The translations under genes were made by a program, and so were the position numbers. A stretch of DNA of 64,000 nucleotides from Gemmatimonadaceae bacterium. GTDB lineage: Bacteria; Gemmatimonadota; Gemmatimonadetes; Gemmatimonadales; Gemmatimonadaceae. Location: contig JBOHTC010000236.1 in the NCBI GenBank assembly GCA_050733495.1, positions 88,098 to 152,097 on the forward strand. Direction: 5' to 3'. Positions 36,174-46,499 of this stretch are shown piece by piece. The notes beneath the pieces were generated by a model that searched no databases, was not told the DNA's origin, and saw only the letters and a list, made by a program, of their open reading frames with translations. The first letter of the stretch is position 1; each line of letters starts with the position of its first letter.

Positions 36174-37976
36174 TTACCTGTAACTGTCCGCGATTGCCGC
36201 GAGCACGTAACTCAGATTTGCCGTCCCGTCCATGATCGGCTCGTTGGTCGAGTAGTCGCCCACATCGTCGTGGTAGACGATGAAGCCCGTGTTGAAGGGC
36301 TCGTACTCGTCCGGATCATGCAAATGGATGCCGAGAAGATTGTGGTATATCGATGAGTAAACCGGCCCATCGAGAAGCGCGCCGGTGAGCTCGATGTGCA
36401 ACTGGTCGTTTACGACAGAGTGCGGGGTGCGTGCGAAAATTCCATCATGCGGCAGGCCAATCACCATCGATACGCCCCATGGATTCGTCCCGAACAGCCA
36501 ATCGATCGCCGCCTGCTCGTACTCCCTGAACTGGTTGTCGCCGGTCATGCGTCGATACAAAAATGCCTGCGTCGCGAAGGAGGCCATGAGATTGTTCGAG
36601 CACCAGATGAACGGAATACCGATTCGAAAGCCATTGTCCGCACGCGCCACGACTGCGGCCAGGCCGCGGCGATAATAATTGGCGACCGTCTTTCGGTCTC
36701 TCTCGGTCGCGTTTCGCCAAACCTCATAGTGCCCATTGTTGTGCCACGGATACCACTCATAGTGCTTCGCGGTGTCCGCACCCATCCACGGCGTCACCGG
36801 CTCGCGCGCGGCATACTGCAAAGCGTCGCGCAAATAAGACCGATTACGAGTGAGCGCGTAGAGCTCCGACGCGGCGAGCTCCATGTCGTCGACCCAGTTG
36901 TCTTCCTCGTAGTAGTACGGCGCGTGACCGGGAGCGCCCTGACATACGCCCGGATATTTCTTGCCGATCGAATAGGCGGACAAGGCTTTTCGGCGCAGCT
37001 TCGCGGCGAACACCGGATCAGTCTTCCCGTAAATGGACGCGGCGAGCGCGAATGCACTCGCGTATTTGCCAGCGGTGGACGCAAGCCCATTCGACCTGTT
37101 CTTGTACTTGAACAATCCCTGGGGTTTTCCGGTGCAGGGATAAATTGGTCGTTCCTTTCCTTTTCCCCAGCCGTAATCCGCGGAATCGGTGGCGGGCAAA
37201 TCCCAATAGGTGTGATCGCGGTCGTCGCCGAGCTGATTGAACATGTCGGAGTCGGTCGGGAACATTCGCATGAGCCACTCGAGTCCGTGCCGCGCTTCGT
37301 CGAGGACGTCGGGCACGCCGTTTCCGCCAGGGAGTCCAAGCGAATTGAATCGATCCGCAAAAGAACGCGGATGATCGCGGTAGGCCATCAGCATCACGAA
37401 CGTTGCGTTCGATGACGTCATGACGTATTGGAGATAATCCGAAGCGTCAGCCCAGCCACCCGTCACGGGCACAAATTTGCCCGCGAGCGGCGATGAATCG
37501 ACAACGATACCGTCTCGGGCGTGTACGACGGTGTGAAAGACCGGATTGTACCCCGACCTCTGTTCTCGCATGTAGTAAAGGAGTGTGTCGGCTGCACCCG
37601 CATAGGCGTTTTCCCGGATGCGAATGAGCGGCGACACGAGGCCAGCGGCGGCAAGATGGTATTCCCCCGGTGCTTTGATCGACGAGAAATCGAGCCGGTA
37701 GGTTGTGGCGCAAGGTCCAAATGGCTTTGCGGCCGTTGCTGCTCTGCTGAGAGCGATCTTTCCTGCTCGATCCGAAACGCTAAAATCGCCCACAGTCAAT
37801 CGTTGAAGCGAACAAAGAACTGCGATTTTGGGAGCGTCGGGCAGGTAACCGAGCTGATTGATGCGGATTGCGCCACCCATCTGACTGGGCGCAGCGGTCT
37901 GCAACAGCGCGAATATCGAAAGGAGCATCATAGGCAGAAAAGATAGACGTGATGCGCGTGCGGAAGCCATATTCAT
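36174..37976 (-). CDS. Secreted glycoside hydrolase family 9
   Basis: Signal peptide; IRINQLGYLP, GGWADASD, GTNPWGVS, YHDDVGDYSTNEP. Confidence 0.85.
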   Translation of the reverse strand: MNMASARASRLSFLPMMLLSIFALLQTAAPSQMGGAIRINQLGYLPDAPKIAVLCSLQRLTVGDFSVSDRAGKIALSRAATAAKPFGPCATTYRLDFSSIKAPGEYHLAAAGLVSPLIRIRENAYAGAADTLLYYMREQRSGYNPVFHTVVHARDGIVVDSSPLAGKFVPVTGGWADASDYLQYVMTSSNATFVMLMAYRDHPRSFADRFNSLGLPGGNGVPDVLDEARHGLEWLMRMFPTDSDMFNQLGDDRDHTYWDLPATDSADYGWGKGKERPIYPCTGKPQGLFKYKNRSNGLASTAGKYASAFALAASIYGKTDPVFAAKLRRKALSAYSIGKKYPGVCQGAPGHAPYYYEEDNWVDDMELAASELYALTRNRSYLRDALQYAAREPVTPWMGADTAKHYEWYPWHNNGHYEVWRNATERDRKTVANYYRRGLAAVVARADNGFRIGIPFIWCSNNLMASFATQAFLYRRMTGDNQFREYEQAAIDWLFGTNPWGVSMVIGLPHDGIFARTPHSVVNDQLHIELTGALLDGPVYSSIYHNLLGIHLHDPDEYEPFNTGFIVYHDDVGDYSTNEPIMDGTANLSYVLAAIADSYR

Positions 37977-38007
37977 CCCTTCAAGTCAACCTTCGACCAC
38001 CGACTCG

Positions 38008-40086
38008 ATGAAAGCAACGATTGCGCTCACCCTCCTTGTCACCGGTCTCGCCTCCTCCGCAGCGGCACAGACGGATCTGCGTTTGATTCCGCAACCGCGC
38101 GAGATGCAGCTGGAAGGATCCGTTGCTCTCCGCGGAATTACCATCGCGCGTCCGACGAATTCCGAGGATCGATTCGCAGCGGCCGATCTCGCGAGCTCGT
38201 TCAAGGAACGAGGAATTCGAGTCAGCACCGCTGAGAATGGTCCAACACCCCGCGTGATACTGATGCGCCTCGATGGGTCGAGCGCCAAGAGCGTTTTGCG
38301 CCGGCATTCACTCGTCTTCGATCCGGCGATGCGAGACGAAGGGTATGTAATCACTCCCGATGGGAGCCGGATCGTTGTCATCGGCGCGACGGGAGCCGGA
38401 GTTTTCTACGGCGCGCAAACCGTGAAGCAGATCGTTAGCGGCGATGGCGCCGACGCCCGACTTTACCGCGCAACCATTCGCGACTGGCCGGCAATGCGCT
38501 ACCGCGGCTTTCACGACGATCTCTCGCGCGGGCCGGTACCAACGCTCGATTTTCAGAAGAAGCAGATCCGCACGCTCGCGGCCTATAAAGTCAACGTTCT
38601 CTCGCCTTACTTCGAGCACACTCTCGCGTATGACTCCAACCCGCTGATCGCGCCGCCTGGTGGCGCGCTCACACACGCCGATGTAAAGGAGCTGGTCGCG
38701 TACGCGGCGCAGTACCACTTGGACATAATTCCGGAGCAGGAAGCATTCGGACATCTCCACCACATGCTCAAGTACGAGATTTACTCGCCTCTCGGCGAAA
38801 CTCCGCACGGGCACGTCCTCGCGCCGGGTCAACCGGGCTCACTTCCGCTGATACGCCAGCTCTTCGCCGAGATCGACTCGATCTTCCCCAGCCACTTCGT
38901 TCATCTTGGCGCCGATGAGACCTTCGAGCTCGGACGCGGACAAACCGCCGAGCGTGTAAAGACAGAGGGTATCGGCGCAGTGTATCTCGACTTCCTGAAG
39001 CAGATCGAAGCTGCGTTGAGGCCGAGTGGAAAGAGGTTTCTGTTCTGGGGCGATATCGCGATGAATAGTCCGGACCTCGTCAAGACCCTGCCGCGCGATA
39101 TGATTGCCGTTCCGTGGACCTACGGCCGTGATTCTTCTTTCACGAGATTCATCGCTCCATTCCGCGATGCGGGAATGGAGACGTGGGTCGCGCCCGGCGT
39201 CAACAGCTGGAACCGCGTTTACCCGGACAACGCGGTGGCCCTCCCCAACATCCAGGGATTCGTCCGCGATGGGCAACGCCTTGGTGCAACCGGAATGCTG
39301 AATACGTCGTGGGACGACGATGGTGAGTCACTTTTCAACCAGACCTGGTACGGAGATTTGTTCGGGGCTGCCGCAGGATGGCAGGAGGGCGAAAGCAGTA
39401 TCGACGCGTTCGAATCGAGCTATGGTCGCGTCTTTCACGGCGACCTTAGCGGCAAGATCGACGAGGCGCAGCGACGACTGACTGCCGCGCACGCGCTTCT
39501 CCTCGCGGGACACGTCGGAGATGCCAGCGATTATTTGTTCTGGCTCGACCCGTGGAGCGCAGAAGGGCGCAGTATGGCGCAGCGGATCCGGCCGTACACC
39601 CACGACCTTCGGATCCTCGCAGAGTCGGCGCTCGTCTTTCTCGATCAGGCGGACCCACACATCGTTCGCGAGCGCGATGCGCTCGAGGCAATGAAGCTCG
39701 GCGCGCGCAAGATGGACTTCATCGGAATGAAATTCCAATTCGCCGACGAAGTAGTCGGGATGTACGATCGCGCGTCGGATTCGACGAATAAGTCAGCGGG
39801 CCGCGACCTCGCCGACATAACGGGAGCAAACGGCAGGTTGCAGGACCTGCGGGATGGCTATTCCCTGATTCGCGACGAGTACGAGAAGGCGTGGTTGCGA
39901 GAGAACAGGCCGTATTGGCTCCACAACGTGCTCGCGCGGTATGATATGGCGACGCAGATGTGGATCGACCGCGCCGACAGAGTAAACCTTGCAAGGCAGG
40001 AGTGGTATCGGACGCACCAGCTGCCGCCGGCGGAGAGTCTCGGTATTCCGGCTAGCATGCCGGGGCTGGCTCCTCTACCGCGGTAG
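38008..40086 (+). CDS. Secreted GH20 beta-N-acetylhexosaminidase
   Basis: Signal peptide; DEGY, IRDWPAMRYRG..DDLSRG, IPEQEAFGH, HLGADE. Confidence 0.88.
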   Translation: MKATIALTLLVTGLASSAAAQTDLRLIPQPREMQLEGSVALRGITIARPTNSEDRFAAADLASSFKERGIRVSTAENGPTPRVILMRLDGSSAKSVLRRHSLVFDPAMRDEGYVITPDGSRIVVIGATGAGVFYGAQTVKQIVSGDGADARLYRATIRDWPAMRYRGFHDDLSRGPVPTLDFQKKQIRTLAAYKVNVLSPYFEHTLAYDSNPLIAPPGGALTHADVKELVAYAAQYHLDIIPEQEAFGHLHHMLKYEIYSPLGETPHGHVLAPGQPGSLPLIRQLFAEIDSIFPSHFVHLGADETFELGRGQTAERVKTEGIGAVYLDFLKQIEAALRPSGKRFLFWGDIAMNSPDLVKTLPRDMIAVPWTYGRDSSFTRFIAPFRDAGMETWVAPGVNSWNRVYPDNAVALPNIQGFVRDGQRLGATGMLNTSWDDDGESLFNQTWYGDLFGAAAGWQEGESSIDAFESSYGRVFHGDLSGKIDEAQRRLTAAHALLLAGHVGDASDYLFWLDPWSAEGRSMAQRIRPYTHDLRILAESALVFLDQADPHIVRERDALEAMKLGARKMDFIGMKFQFADEVVGMYDRASDSTNKSAGRDLADITGANGRLQDLRDGYSLIRDEYEKAWLRENRPYWLHNVLARYDMATQMWIDRADRVNLARQEWYRTHQLPPAESLGIPASMPGLAPLPR

Positions 40087-41310
40087 AGACTTAGCCGAGC
40101 GAGCCGAGAGCGAGCGCTCAAAGAACTGGCGCGCTACGTCGACGTCTGCGTCCGAGATGTAACCAGGCCCGAGCCTTCTCGCTCCGTCGACAGCCAACGC
40201 CACTAGCTTGGCCGTCACGCGACGAATGTCCGGATCACTCAACCCGAGCCGTCCGGCGCGCTCTAGCAACGCTTCGCTGGCTGCCCCAAGCAAACCGCGC
40301 GCGGCCAGAGCGCTCGTCTGGTCGTAAGCGATTCCAGTCACGAACACGATCGGCGCCGCAAGAGAATCGCTCTCGATCGCGTCGGCGCACCTGATCTCGA
40401 AGAATTCCTTTGGCCTCACTTCCGGAAACAGCGTACTGAGATGGAAGAGCCAGTCGCTTTGCGTAGGATTACCCAATCGCATCCAATCGCGAAACGACAG
40501 CCAGGGACTAGAGCCATCGCTGCTTCTCATCGCGCCTGCGTCGAGCGCAAAACCAAGATATCGCTGCGCCGCATCGTGGGAATCGAACGGGAGTCCAGTG
40601 CGGGAGACATCGAGAGTGCGCCATAGATGCGCGCGGTAACTGGCGTGGCCGGTCGTCTTTCCCGCGTAGCTGCGCGAGTTGGCGAATAGCGCCACGATGT
40701 AGGGAGCGAGAGCGTTGAGGAGAGCCCATCGCGCCACGGGATCCGGGCCACGCTCGACATTGATCTGCACTGCTGCTGTCTGCCGCATCATCCGAATCCC
40801 GGACGGCCCGATGGAATCGAAATAGCGGGTCATCCGCACATAACGGTCTCTATTCAGCTGCAGGGGGACTTTGTCGACGTCGTTGCAGGGATCCACGCCG
40901 AGCGCAACGAGGTCGATCCCAGCGATGCGCATGGCATCGCGTATCATCGTGAGGAGATCCCGGATTCCGAGAATGACGGACGAAGCGGTTGGATGGGGGG
41001 CGCTGCTGATCTCGATCTGGCCGCCGGGTTCGAAGGAGATGCAGGATCCGTCCGACAGGGTCCACGACGGCGGATCGTTCTCCAGAACGTTCTCTACCCA
41101 ACCTTCCGATCGCGCCAATTCGGAGAGGATTCGCGCGGTGCCTGAGATGCCAGCACTGCCGTCGCCTCGCGGTAGCGCTGGCAATCGCGTCGACGCATGA
41201 ACCGGAATGACCTCCACCTCAACGCCGATCTTGAGTGGCGTCTCCGGGCTCGACGGTGAGAAGAAGCGCTCCCTCAAATCCTCGAGCAGTCCAGCTGCCG
41301 AGAGGCTCAC
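40075..41310 (-). CDS. egtA: Glutamate-cysteine ligase family 2 (EgtA-like)
   Basis: IGVEVE, ISFEPGGQIEISS, MMRQTAAVQIN, LSTLFPEVRPK..EIR; downstream of egtB and egtD. Confidence 0.75.
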   Translation of the reverse strand: MSLSAAGLLEDLRERFFSPSSPETPLKIGVEVEVIPVHASTRLPALPRGDGSAGISGTARILSELARSEGWVENVLENDPPSWTLSDGSCISFEPGGQIEISSAPHPTASSVILGIRDLLTMIRDAMRIAGIDLVALGVDPCNDVDKVPLQLNRDRYVRMTRYFDSIGPSGIRMMRQTAAVQINVERGPDPVARWALLNALAPYIVALFANSRSYAGKTTGHASYRAHLWRTLDVSRTGLPFDSHDAAQRYLGFALDAGAMRSSDGSSPWLSFRDWMRLGNPTQSDWLFHLSTLFPEVRPKEFFEIRCADAIESDSLAAPIVFVTGIAYDQTSALAARGLLGAASEALLERAGRLGLSDPDIRRVTAKLVALAVDGARRLGPGYISDADVDVARQFFERSLSARSAKSLPR

Positions 41311-41319
41311 GGTGCGTGC

Positions 41320-42312
41320 TCAGCTCTCCGCGCGTGCCAGTGCAAGAACGAAGGATTTGTCCTCAGCCGGGATCCATTTTTCCATCGAGAGTCCCGATGC
41401 CAAAAGGATGTCCTCCAGGGTCGCACGATCGTACTTGTAACTCAGCTCGGTGCGAATTGTCTCGCCTTCCTGGAAATCGATGCGCCCAATTTCTGGAATC
41501 GTCACCTGCAGCGGTCTGCGGGCGACTAAATGCATCTCGATTCGCCTGTGCGCCGCGCTATAGAATGCGCGGTGCCCGAAATCCCGCAATGGGAAATCCG
41601 CGCCGAGCTCGCGATTCAATCGCTCGAGCACGTTGAGATTGAACGCGGCGGTCACGCCCTGCGCATCGTTGTATGCGCGAGTGATGACCTCGGGGTCTTT
41701 GACAAGGTCGGCGCCGAGCAGAAACCGATCGGCGGGCGACATGGCGCGAGCGATGTGGGACAGAAGCCGGACCGCTTGCTCGCGGGAGAAATTCCCGATA
41801 GTGCTCCCGAGGAAAACAACCATCGTTGGGCTCGCAACTGGGGGAAGCACAAACGGCTCGGTGATGTCGGAGACGACGGGCGTTATCCGCATCGCCGGAT
41901 AATCTTCACGCAGCTGCGCGGCGGCCCCTTCCAGAAAATCTCGGCTGACATCGATCGGCACATAACATTCGGCGCATCCACTCTCACCCATCGCATCGAG
42001 GATGATGCGAGTCTTGGTTGCACTGCCGGCGCCGAGCTCGACGAGTGAGCACGGACGCACCGACTGCACGATCGCCGGAATCTTCCGCTCGAGCAGGCCG
42101 CGCTCAGCTCGCGTGAGGTAGTATTCCGGCAGCTGCGTGATCTCCTCGAAGAGCTCCGAGCCCCGCTCGTCGTAGAAATATTTCGGCGAGAGCTGCTTTG
42201 GCATTGCGGTAAGACCTTCGCGAACGTCGCGTAACATTTGCTCGCGCGAGCGGCGCACGGTGTACGGGGGGCTCACACCAAGGGTATCGGAAACGGCGTG
42301 GTCGTGGTTCAC
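41320..42312 (-). CDS. egtD: L-histidine N-alpha-methyltransferase
   Basis: PKYFYDERGSELFEEITQLPEYYLTRAE, ELGAGSATKT, FLGSTIGN, AYNDAQGVTAAFN. GTG start overlaps the egtB stop. Confidence 0.93.
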   Translation of the reverse strand: MNHDHAVSDTLGVSPPYTVRRSREQMLRDVREGLTAMPKQLSPKYFYDERGSELFEEITQLPEYYLTRAERGLLERKIPAIVQSVRPCSLVELGAGSATKTRIILDAMGESGCAECYVPIDVSRDFLEGAAAQLREDYPAMRITPVVSDITEPFVLPPVASPTMVVFLGSTIGNFSREQAVRLLSHIARAMSPADRFLLGADLVKDPEVITRAYNDAQGVTAAFNLNVLERLNRELGADFPLRDFGHRAFYSAAHRRIEMHLVARRPLQVTIPEIGRIDFQEGETIRTELSYKYDRATLEDILLASGLSMEKWIPAEDKSFVLALARAES

Positions 42313-43646
42313 GCGTCTCTCGCGCATCTGAAGCCGCTGAAGATCTGTCGGCGGATGGGGTAGTCCCAATTCCGGAACGTGTTTCGAATCGCGCCGGGAC
42401 GTGTGGCCCACGATCCGCCACGAAGTACCTTGTACTCGGGGCCGAAAAACTCCTCAGAATACTCCTTGTACGGAAAGCTCTCGAATCCCGGATAGCCGCC
42501 TAAATCGCTGGACGTCCACTCCCACACGTCGCCAATCATTCCATAGCAGCCAATGGGAGACACGACCGCATAGGTGCCGATGGGCGCCGTATCGAAGGAG
42601 AGCTGATCGACGTTCGCGATTCTGGAGTCGGCGTCGGACTCACCCCACGGAAATTTTCGCGCGGTCGACGTGGAAGAATCCCACGAAGCGGCAGCTTCCC
42701 ACTCGAGCTCGGTTGGCAGTCGCTTGCCATCCCAGTTTGCGAACGCTTCTGCTTCGTAGTAGGAGACGTGACAAACCGGACGCGTCGCGTCGACGGGTCC
42801 AACGATGTCCATTGCCCGGGTGATCCAGTCCTGTCCCTCGCGAACCCAATACATGGGAGCAACGGCGCCGGACTCCGCGAGCCAGCGTCGACCGCCTTCG
42901 GACCACAACTCCTCGCGCTCGTAGCCATTGTCGGCAATGAAATCCAGAAAACGTCCGTTGGTGACCGGATTCCTGTCGATAAGAAACGGTCGCAGCTCTA
43001 CCTCGTGGATCGGACGCTCGTTGTCGTAGGCGACGGTCCGGTCCAACGTGCCGATCGTCACGCGGCCTCCGCCGAATTCAACCATGCCGCCAGGCGGGAC
43101 AGGTCTGCGGGCGAACGTGATCGAGCGCGGGGCGCGGTACGACTCGCCTTTTTTCAGCTGCACTGTCTGAAGTATCGTCTCGTTGTGCTGATACTCGTGC
43201 TGAAGAACCATGTGGTACACGTATCCGCCGTGGAGGAGCGGATTTTCATCGTTCCACTCGATAGCATCGAGGCGGTCGAGGACGCGGCCACGAATTTCCT
43301 CCAGTCGCGTCATCATCTGCGCGAGCGTTGGGAGAGCCAGCGATGCGCGCGTAGCGCGCGGGTGCTCGAAAGGGTTGTAAAGCCCCGGCATCTCCGAGAA
43401 TTCAATCGGTCCGTCCAGGTTCTGGGTGAGCCATAGCTCCTCGAAATGGGCGATATGGCCGACATCCCAGATGATCGGACTCATCAGCGGATTGTGCTGT
43501 CGGTGGAGATCCTCGTCCGACAAATTCGAGATCAACAGCAGGGTTCGGTCGCGTGCCTCTTTCAGGAGTTGCGCGATGTCGCTCCTGGAGGGGGGCGACG
43601 ATGGGAGGGCGAGTCGAGGGGCGCTCATAAGGGGACAGAAGCTCAT
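42309..43646 (-). CDS. egtB: Ergothioneine sulfoxide synthase (DinB plus FGE-sulfatase domains)
   Basis: WDVGHIAHFEE, QHEYQHNET iron ligands, GDVWEWT, RNWDYPIRRQIFSGFR. Start may be 43628. Confidence 0.92.
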   Translation of the reverse strand: MSFCPLMSAPRLALPSSPPSRSDIAQLLKEARDRTLLLISNLSDEDLHRQHNPLMSPIIWDVGHIAHFEELWLTQNLDGPIEFSEMPGLYNPFEHPRATRASLALPTLAQMMTRLEEIRGRVLDRLDAIEWNDENPLLHGGYVYHMVLQHEYQHNETILQTVQLKKGESYRAPRSITFARRPVPPGGMVEFGGGRVTIGTLDRTVAYDNERPIHEVELRPFLIDRNPVTNGRFLDFIADNGYEREELWSEGGRRWLAESGAVAPMYWVREGQDWITRAMDIVGPVDATRPVCHVSYYEAEAFANWDGKRLPTELEWEAAASWDSSTSTARKFPWGESDADSRIANVDQLSFDTAPIGTYAVVSPIGCYGMIGDVWEWTSSDLGGYPGFESFPYKEYSEEFFGPEYKVLRGGSWATRPGAIRNTFRNWDYPIRRQIFSGFRCARDA

Positions 43647-43782
43647 GCAATGATATTGCCGGGGATCTAACTTGCTAGCTCGAGCATCTGACCTAGGTTA
43701 TAGCGCGCAATCCGCAGCTTTGCCGATCTTCAATCACTCCAGCAACTTAGCAGAATGGCCCCCGCTGGCCATCGAAAAGGAA

Positions 43783-44487
43783 ATGTCAGAACAAAGAATC
43801 GCACTGGTGACAGGCGGCAACCGCGGAATCGGCCTTGAGATATGCCGTCAGCTCGCGGTGCTGGGTACCCGCGTCATCCTGGGCTCCCGTGATCCGGGCA
43901 AAGGAGTAGCTGCGGCGGCGCGACTGATCGCGGAGTCACTTCCCCTGGAGGCACGGGAGCTCGACGTCTCCGATGAAGAAAGCATCCGCGAATGCATGAG
44001 ATGGATCCGCCGCGACCTCGGACGTCTCGACATTCTCGTGAACAACGCCGGTATCATGGTGGAAGAAGGTGATGCGAATCCCGAGCACGAGGTACAGATA
44101 ATCCGCGACACGATGCAAACCAACTGTTACGGTCCACTGCTGCTCTCTCGCTTGGCGACACCTATCATGAAAAGCAGGCGCTACGGACGGATCGTGAATC
44201 TCTCGAGCGGAATGGGGTCACTTGCGGAAATGGGCGCAGGCTATATCGCTTACCGGATGTCCAAGGCGGGGATCAACGTCGTGACGAGAGTGCTCGCGGC
44301 GGAGACTCAAGGGATGGGGATCCTCATCAACTCGGTGGATCCGGGTTGGGTTCAAACCGGGATGGGCGGAAGAGCGGCGCGTCGAAGTGTCGAGCAAGGG
44401 GCCGAAACACCAGTCTGGTTGGCGACCCTTCCCGACAGCGGGCCGACAGGTGGCTTCTTTCGCGACCGGAAAGCAATCGCCTGGTAG
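43783..44487 (+). CDS. SDR family oxidoreductase (carbonyl reductase-like)
   Basis: TGGNRGIG, LDILVNNAG, YRMSK, SVDPGWVQTGMGG. Confidence 0.9.
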   Translation: MSEQRIALVTGGNRGIGLEICRQLAVLGTRVILGSRDPGKGVAAAARLIAESLPLEARELDVSDEESIRECMRWIRRDLGRLDILVNNAGIMVEEGDANPEHEVQIIRDTMQTNCYGPLLLSRLATPIMKSRRYGRIVNLSSGMGSLAEMGAGYIAYRMSKAGINVVTRVLAAETQGMGILINSVDPGWVQTGMGGRAARRSVEQGAETPVWLATLPDSGPTGGFFRDRKAIAW

Positions 44488-44535
44488 AATTGCACTGACC
44501 AAGTTTCGAGAATAGGTTTTTTTCTTCCAGGTGTC

Positions 44536-46287
44536 ATGGCAAATCCAACCGAAGTTGTACTGAGCCCGTCGGGACGTCACAGTCCCTCCATCGGGTTTTT
44601 CGAGCGGCTGCCTCTGGTAGCTGGCGGCGTCGTCGCTGGCGTCGGAGCGCTCGTCCTCGCTGGCTGGTACCTCGAGCTCCCAACGGTCACGTCGTGGAAA
44701 GTCGGCGGGATACCGATGATTCCGCTCACCGCGCTTTGTTTCACACTGGCCGGAATCTCGCTGCTGCTCGCGGTGCGCTCCGGGCGCACTCCCACAACTG
44801 AAGCAGTTCAGCAAACCCTGGCAGCTCTCACCGCCACGATCGCTACTCTTACTCTGTATGAGTACGTCGCGGGAGGCGAGTCGCGCTTCGACATGCTTCT
44901 CTTTGGCGGCCGTATTCAGACCACGCCATGGGGACCTCCCGGCCGCATTGCGATAAACAGCGCCGCGAGCCTGCTTCTCTACTCGCTCGCTCTCCTCTCG
45001 GTTCCGCATGACCAGAGAAAACGTGATCTGCGGTCGCAGATGTTCGCCGCACCAGCGCTGTTCATCGCTCTTGTCGCGGTGCTGGGTTATGTATTTGGGG
45101 TGAGGGGCATGTACACACTCTCACAGTCGGGAATGGCGCTCCCGACCGCGATCACTCACCTCGTCATGGGGATCGGGATCATTTTCGCGGTGAAAGATCG
45201 GGGCGTACCGTCGTTGCTGATGGACGAAGGTCCGGCAGGAGTTCTGACGCGGCGCCTGCTGCCCGCCGCCGTTCTGGCGCCCATCATACTCGGCGTCGTG
45301 CGGTTCGCGGGCGAGAGCGCGGGCATTTACGAATCGGAATTCGGCATCTCGCTTTTTGCCGTCGCGACCATCCTCACGTTCGTCGGGCTCGTGCTTTGGT
45401 CGGCTAGAGTGCTGCGCGATACCGACAAAGAGCGCGTGGATCTGCTGGCGCTCGAGAAGGACGCCCGCGCGCATGCCGAAAAAGCCAGAGCGGAAGCGGA
45501 GGCGGCGCGAGCGGAGGCGGAAAGGGCGAACAACAGCAAGACCGATTTTCTCGCGGTGATGTCGCACGAGCTCCGGACGCCGCTCACCGCTATCATGGGA
45601 TACGAGGAGCTGCTGTCCGACGGTATTACCGGGCCCGTTACGGAGCTGCAGCGTCAGCAGCTCGGACGCATCAACGCCAGCGCCCGTCATCTGCTCGGTC
45701 TCATCGACGAGATTTTGACCTTTGCGCGTGTCGACATCGGACGCGAGCGAGTACGGTGGGAGTCGATGTCGGTGAATCACACTCTTACTGACGCCGCAGC
45801 TCTCGTAGAGCCGATGGCCACAGCGAAAAAGCTCAAGCTTATCGTCAAGCTCCTCGAAGAGGATCAGTCCATTCAGACCGACGGAACCAAACTGAGGCAG
45901 ATGCTGGTGAACATCCTTTCGAATGGAATCAAGTTCACCGACAGCGGTGAAGTGCAGCTCGGCTGCGCTGTGAACAACGGGATGCTCGAAGTCACCATCG
46001 CCGACACGGGTGTAGGCATCGCCGCCGAGAACATCGAGTATGTGTTCGAACCCTTCTGGCAGGCTGAGCAGACAGCCACAAGAAAAACCGGCGGCACCGG
46101 ACTCGGCCTGAGCGTGACGCGAAAGCTGGCGCGTCTTCTCGGAGGCGACGTTACCGTCGCGAGCCGGATGGGATCGGGCACGACTTTCCTTCTGACGCTG
46201 CCGATGAAAGCGCCGACTGGAGAGACGATACGGAAACGGGACACGCCTACGACTCCTACAAGCCCGCTCTACTCGCTGCACATCTGA
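44536..46287 (+). CDS. Membrane-bound sensor histidine kinase
   Basis: About 7 TM, coiled coil, MSHELRTPL, NGIKFT, DTGVG, FEPFWQ, GTGLGL. Confidence 0.9.
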   Translation: MANPTEVVLSPSGRHSPSIGFFERLPLVAGGVVAGVGALVLAGWYLELPTVTSWKVGGIPMIPLTALCFTLAGISLLLAVRSGRTPTTEAVQQTLAALTATIATLTLYEYVAGGESRFDMLLFGGRIQTTPWGPPGRIAINSAASLLLYSLALLSVPHDQRKRDLRSQMFAAPALFIALVAVLGYVFGVRGMYTLSQSGMALPTAITHLVMGIGIIFAVKDRGVPSLLMDEGPAGVLTRRLLPAAVLAPIILGVVRFAGESAGIYESEFGISLFAVATILTFVGLVLWSARVLRDTDKERVDLLALEKDARAHAEKARAEAEAARAEAERANNSKTDFLAVMSHELRTPLTAIMGYEELLSDGITGPVTELQRQQLGRINASARHLLGLIDEILTFARVDIGRERVRWESMSVNHTLTDAAALVEPMATAKKLKLIVKLLEEDQSIQTDGTKLRQMLVNILSNGIKFTDSGEVQLGCAVNNGMLEVTIADTGVGIAAENIEYVFEPFWQAEQTATRKTGGTGLGLSVTRKLARLLGGDVTVASRMGSGTTFLLTLPMKAPTGETIRKRDTPTTPTSPLYSLHI

Positions 46288-46499
46288 TCGCGCCGCGGAC
46301 CGCTGATATCACCGTGAAATCTGATTCGCCAGCGCGATCTCAGCGAATTCCGATACTGGTGTCCGGCTCCGCCGTCGCAGCGGTCCCTGATTCCTCCAGC
46401 GGCGCGACAAAGTAGAGGAGTTCCGGCCAGATCTGATGTGGGTTCACGCCGACATGCAGGTCAAGGGGCGTACACGCGCGGAGCGGGTAACTTTACTCA

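Noticed and set aside
40075-43646. Selenoneine (senABC) cluster
   Set aside because: No adjacent SelD-like or glycosyltransferase gene; EgtD and a glutamate-cysteine ligase are present instead.
46324-46431. Possible 35-aa minus-strand peptide (MNPHQIWPELLYFVAP...)
   Set aside because: No clear RBS or motif; cannot be told apart from a chance ORF.
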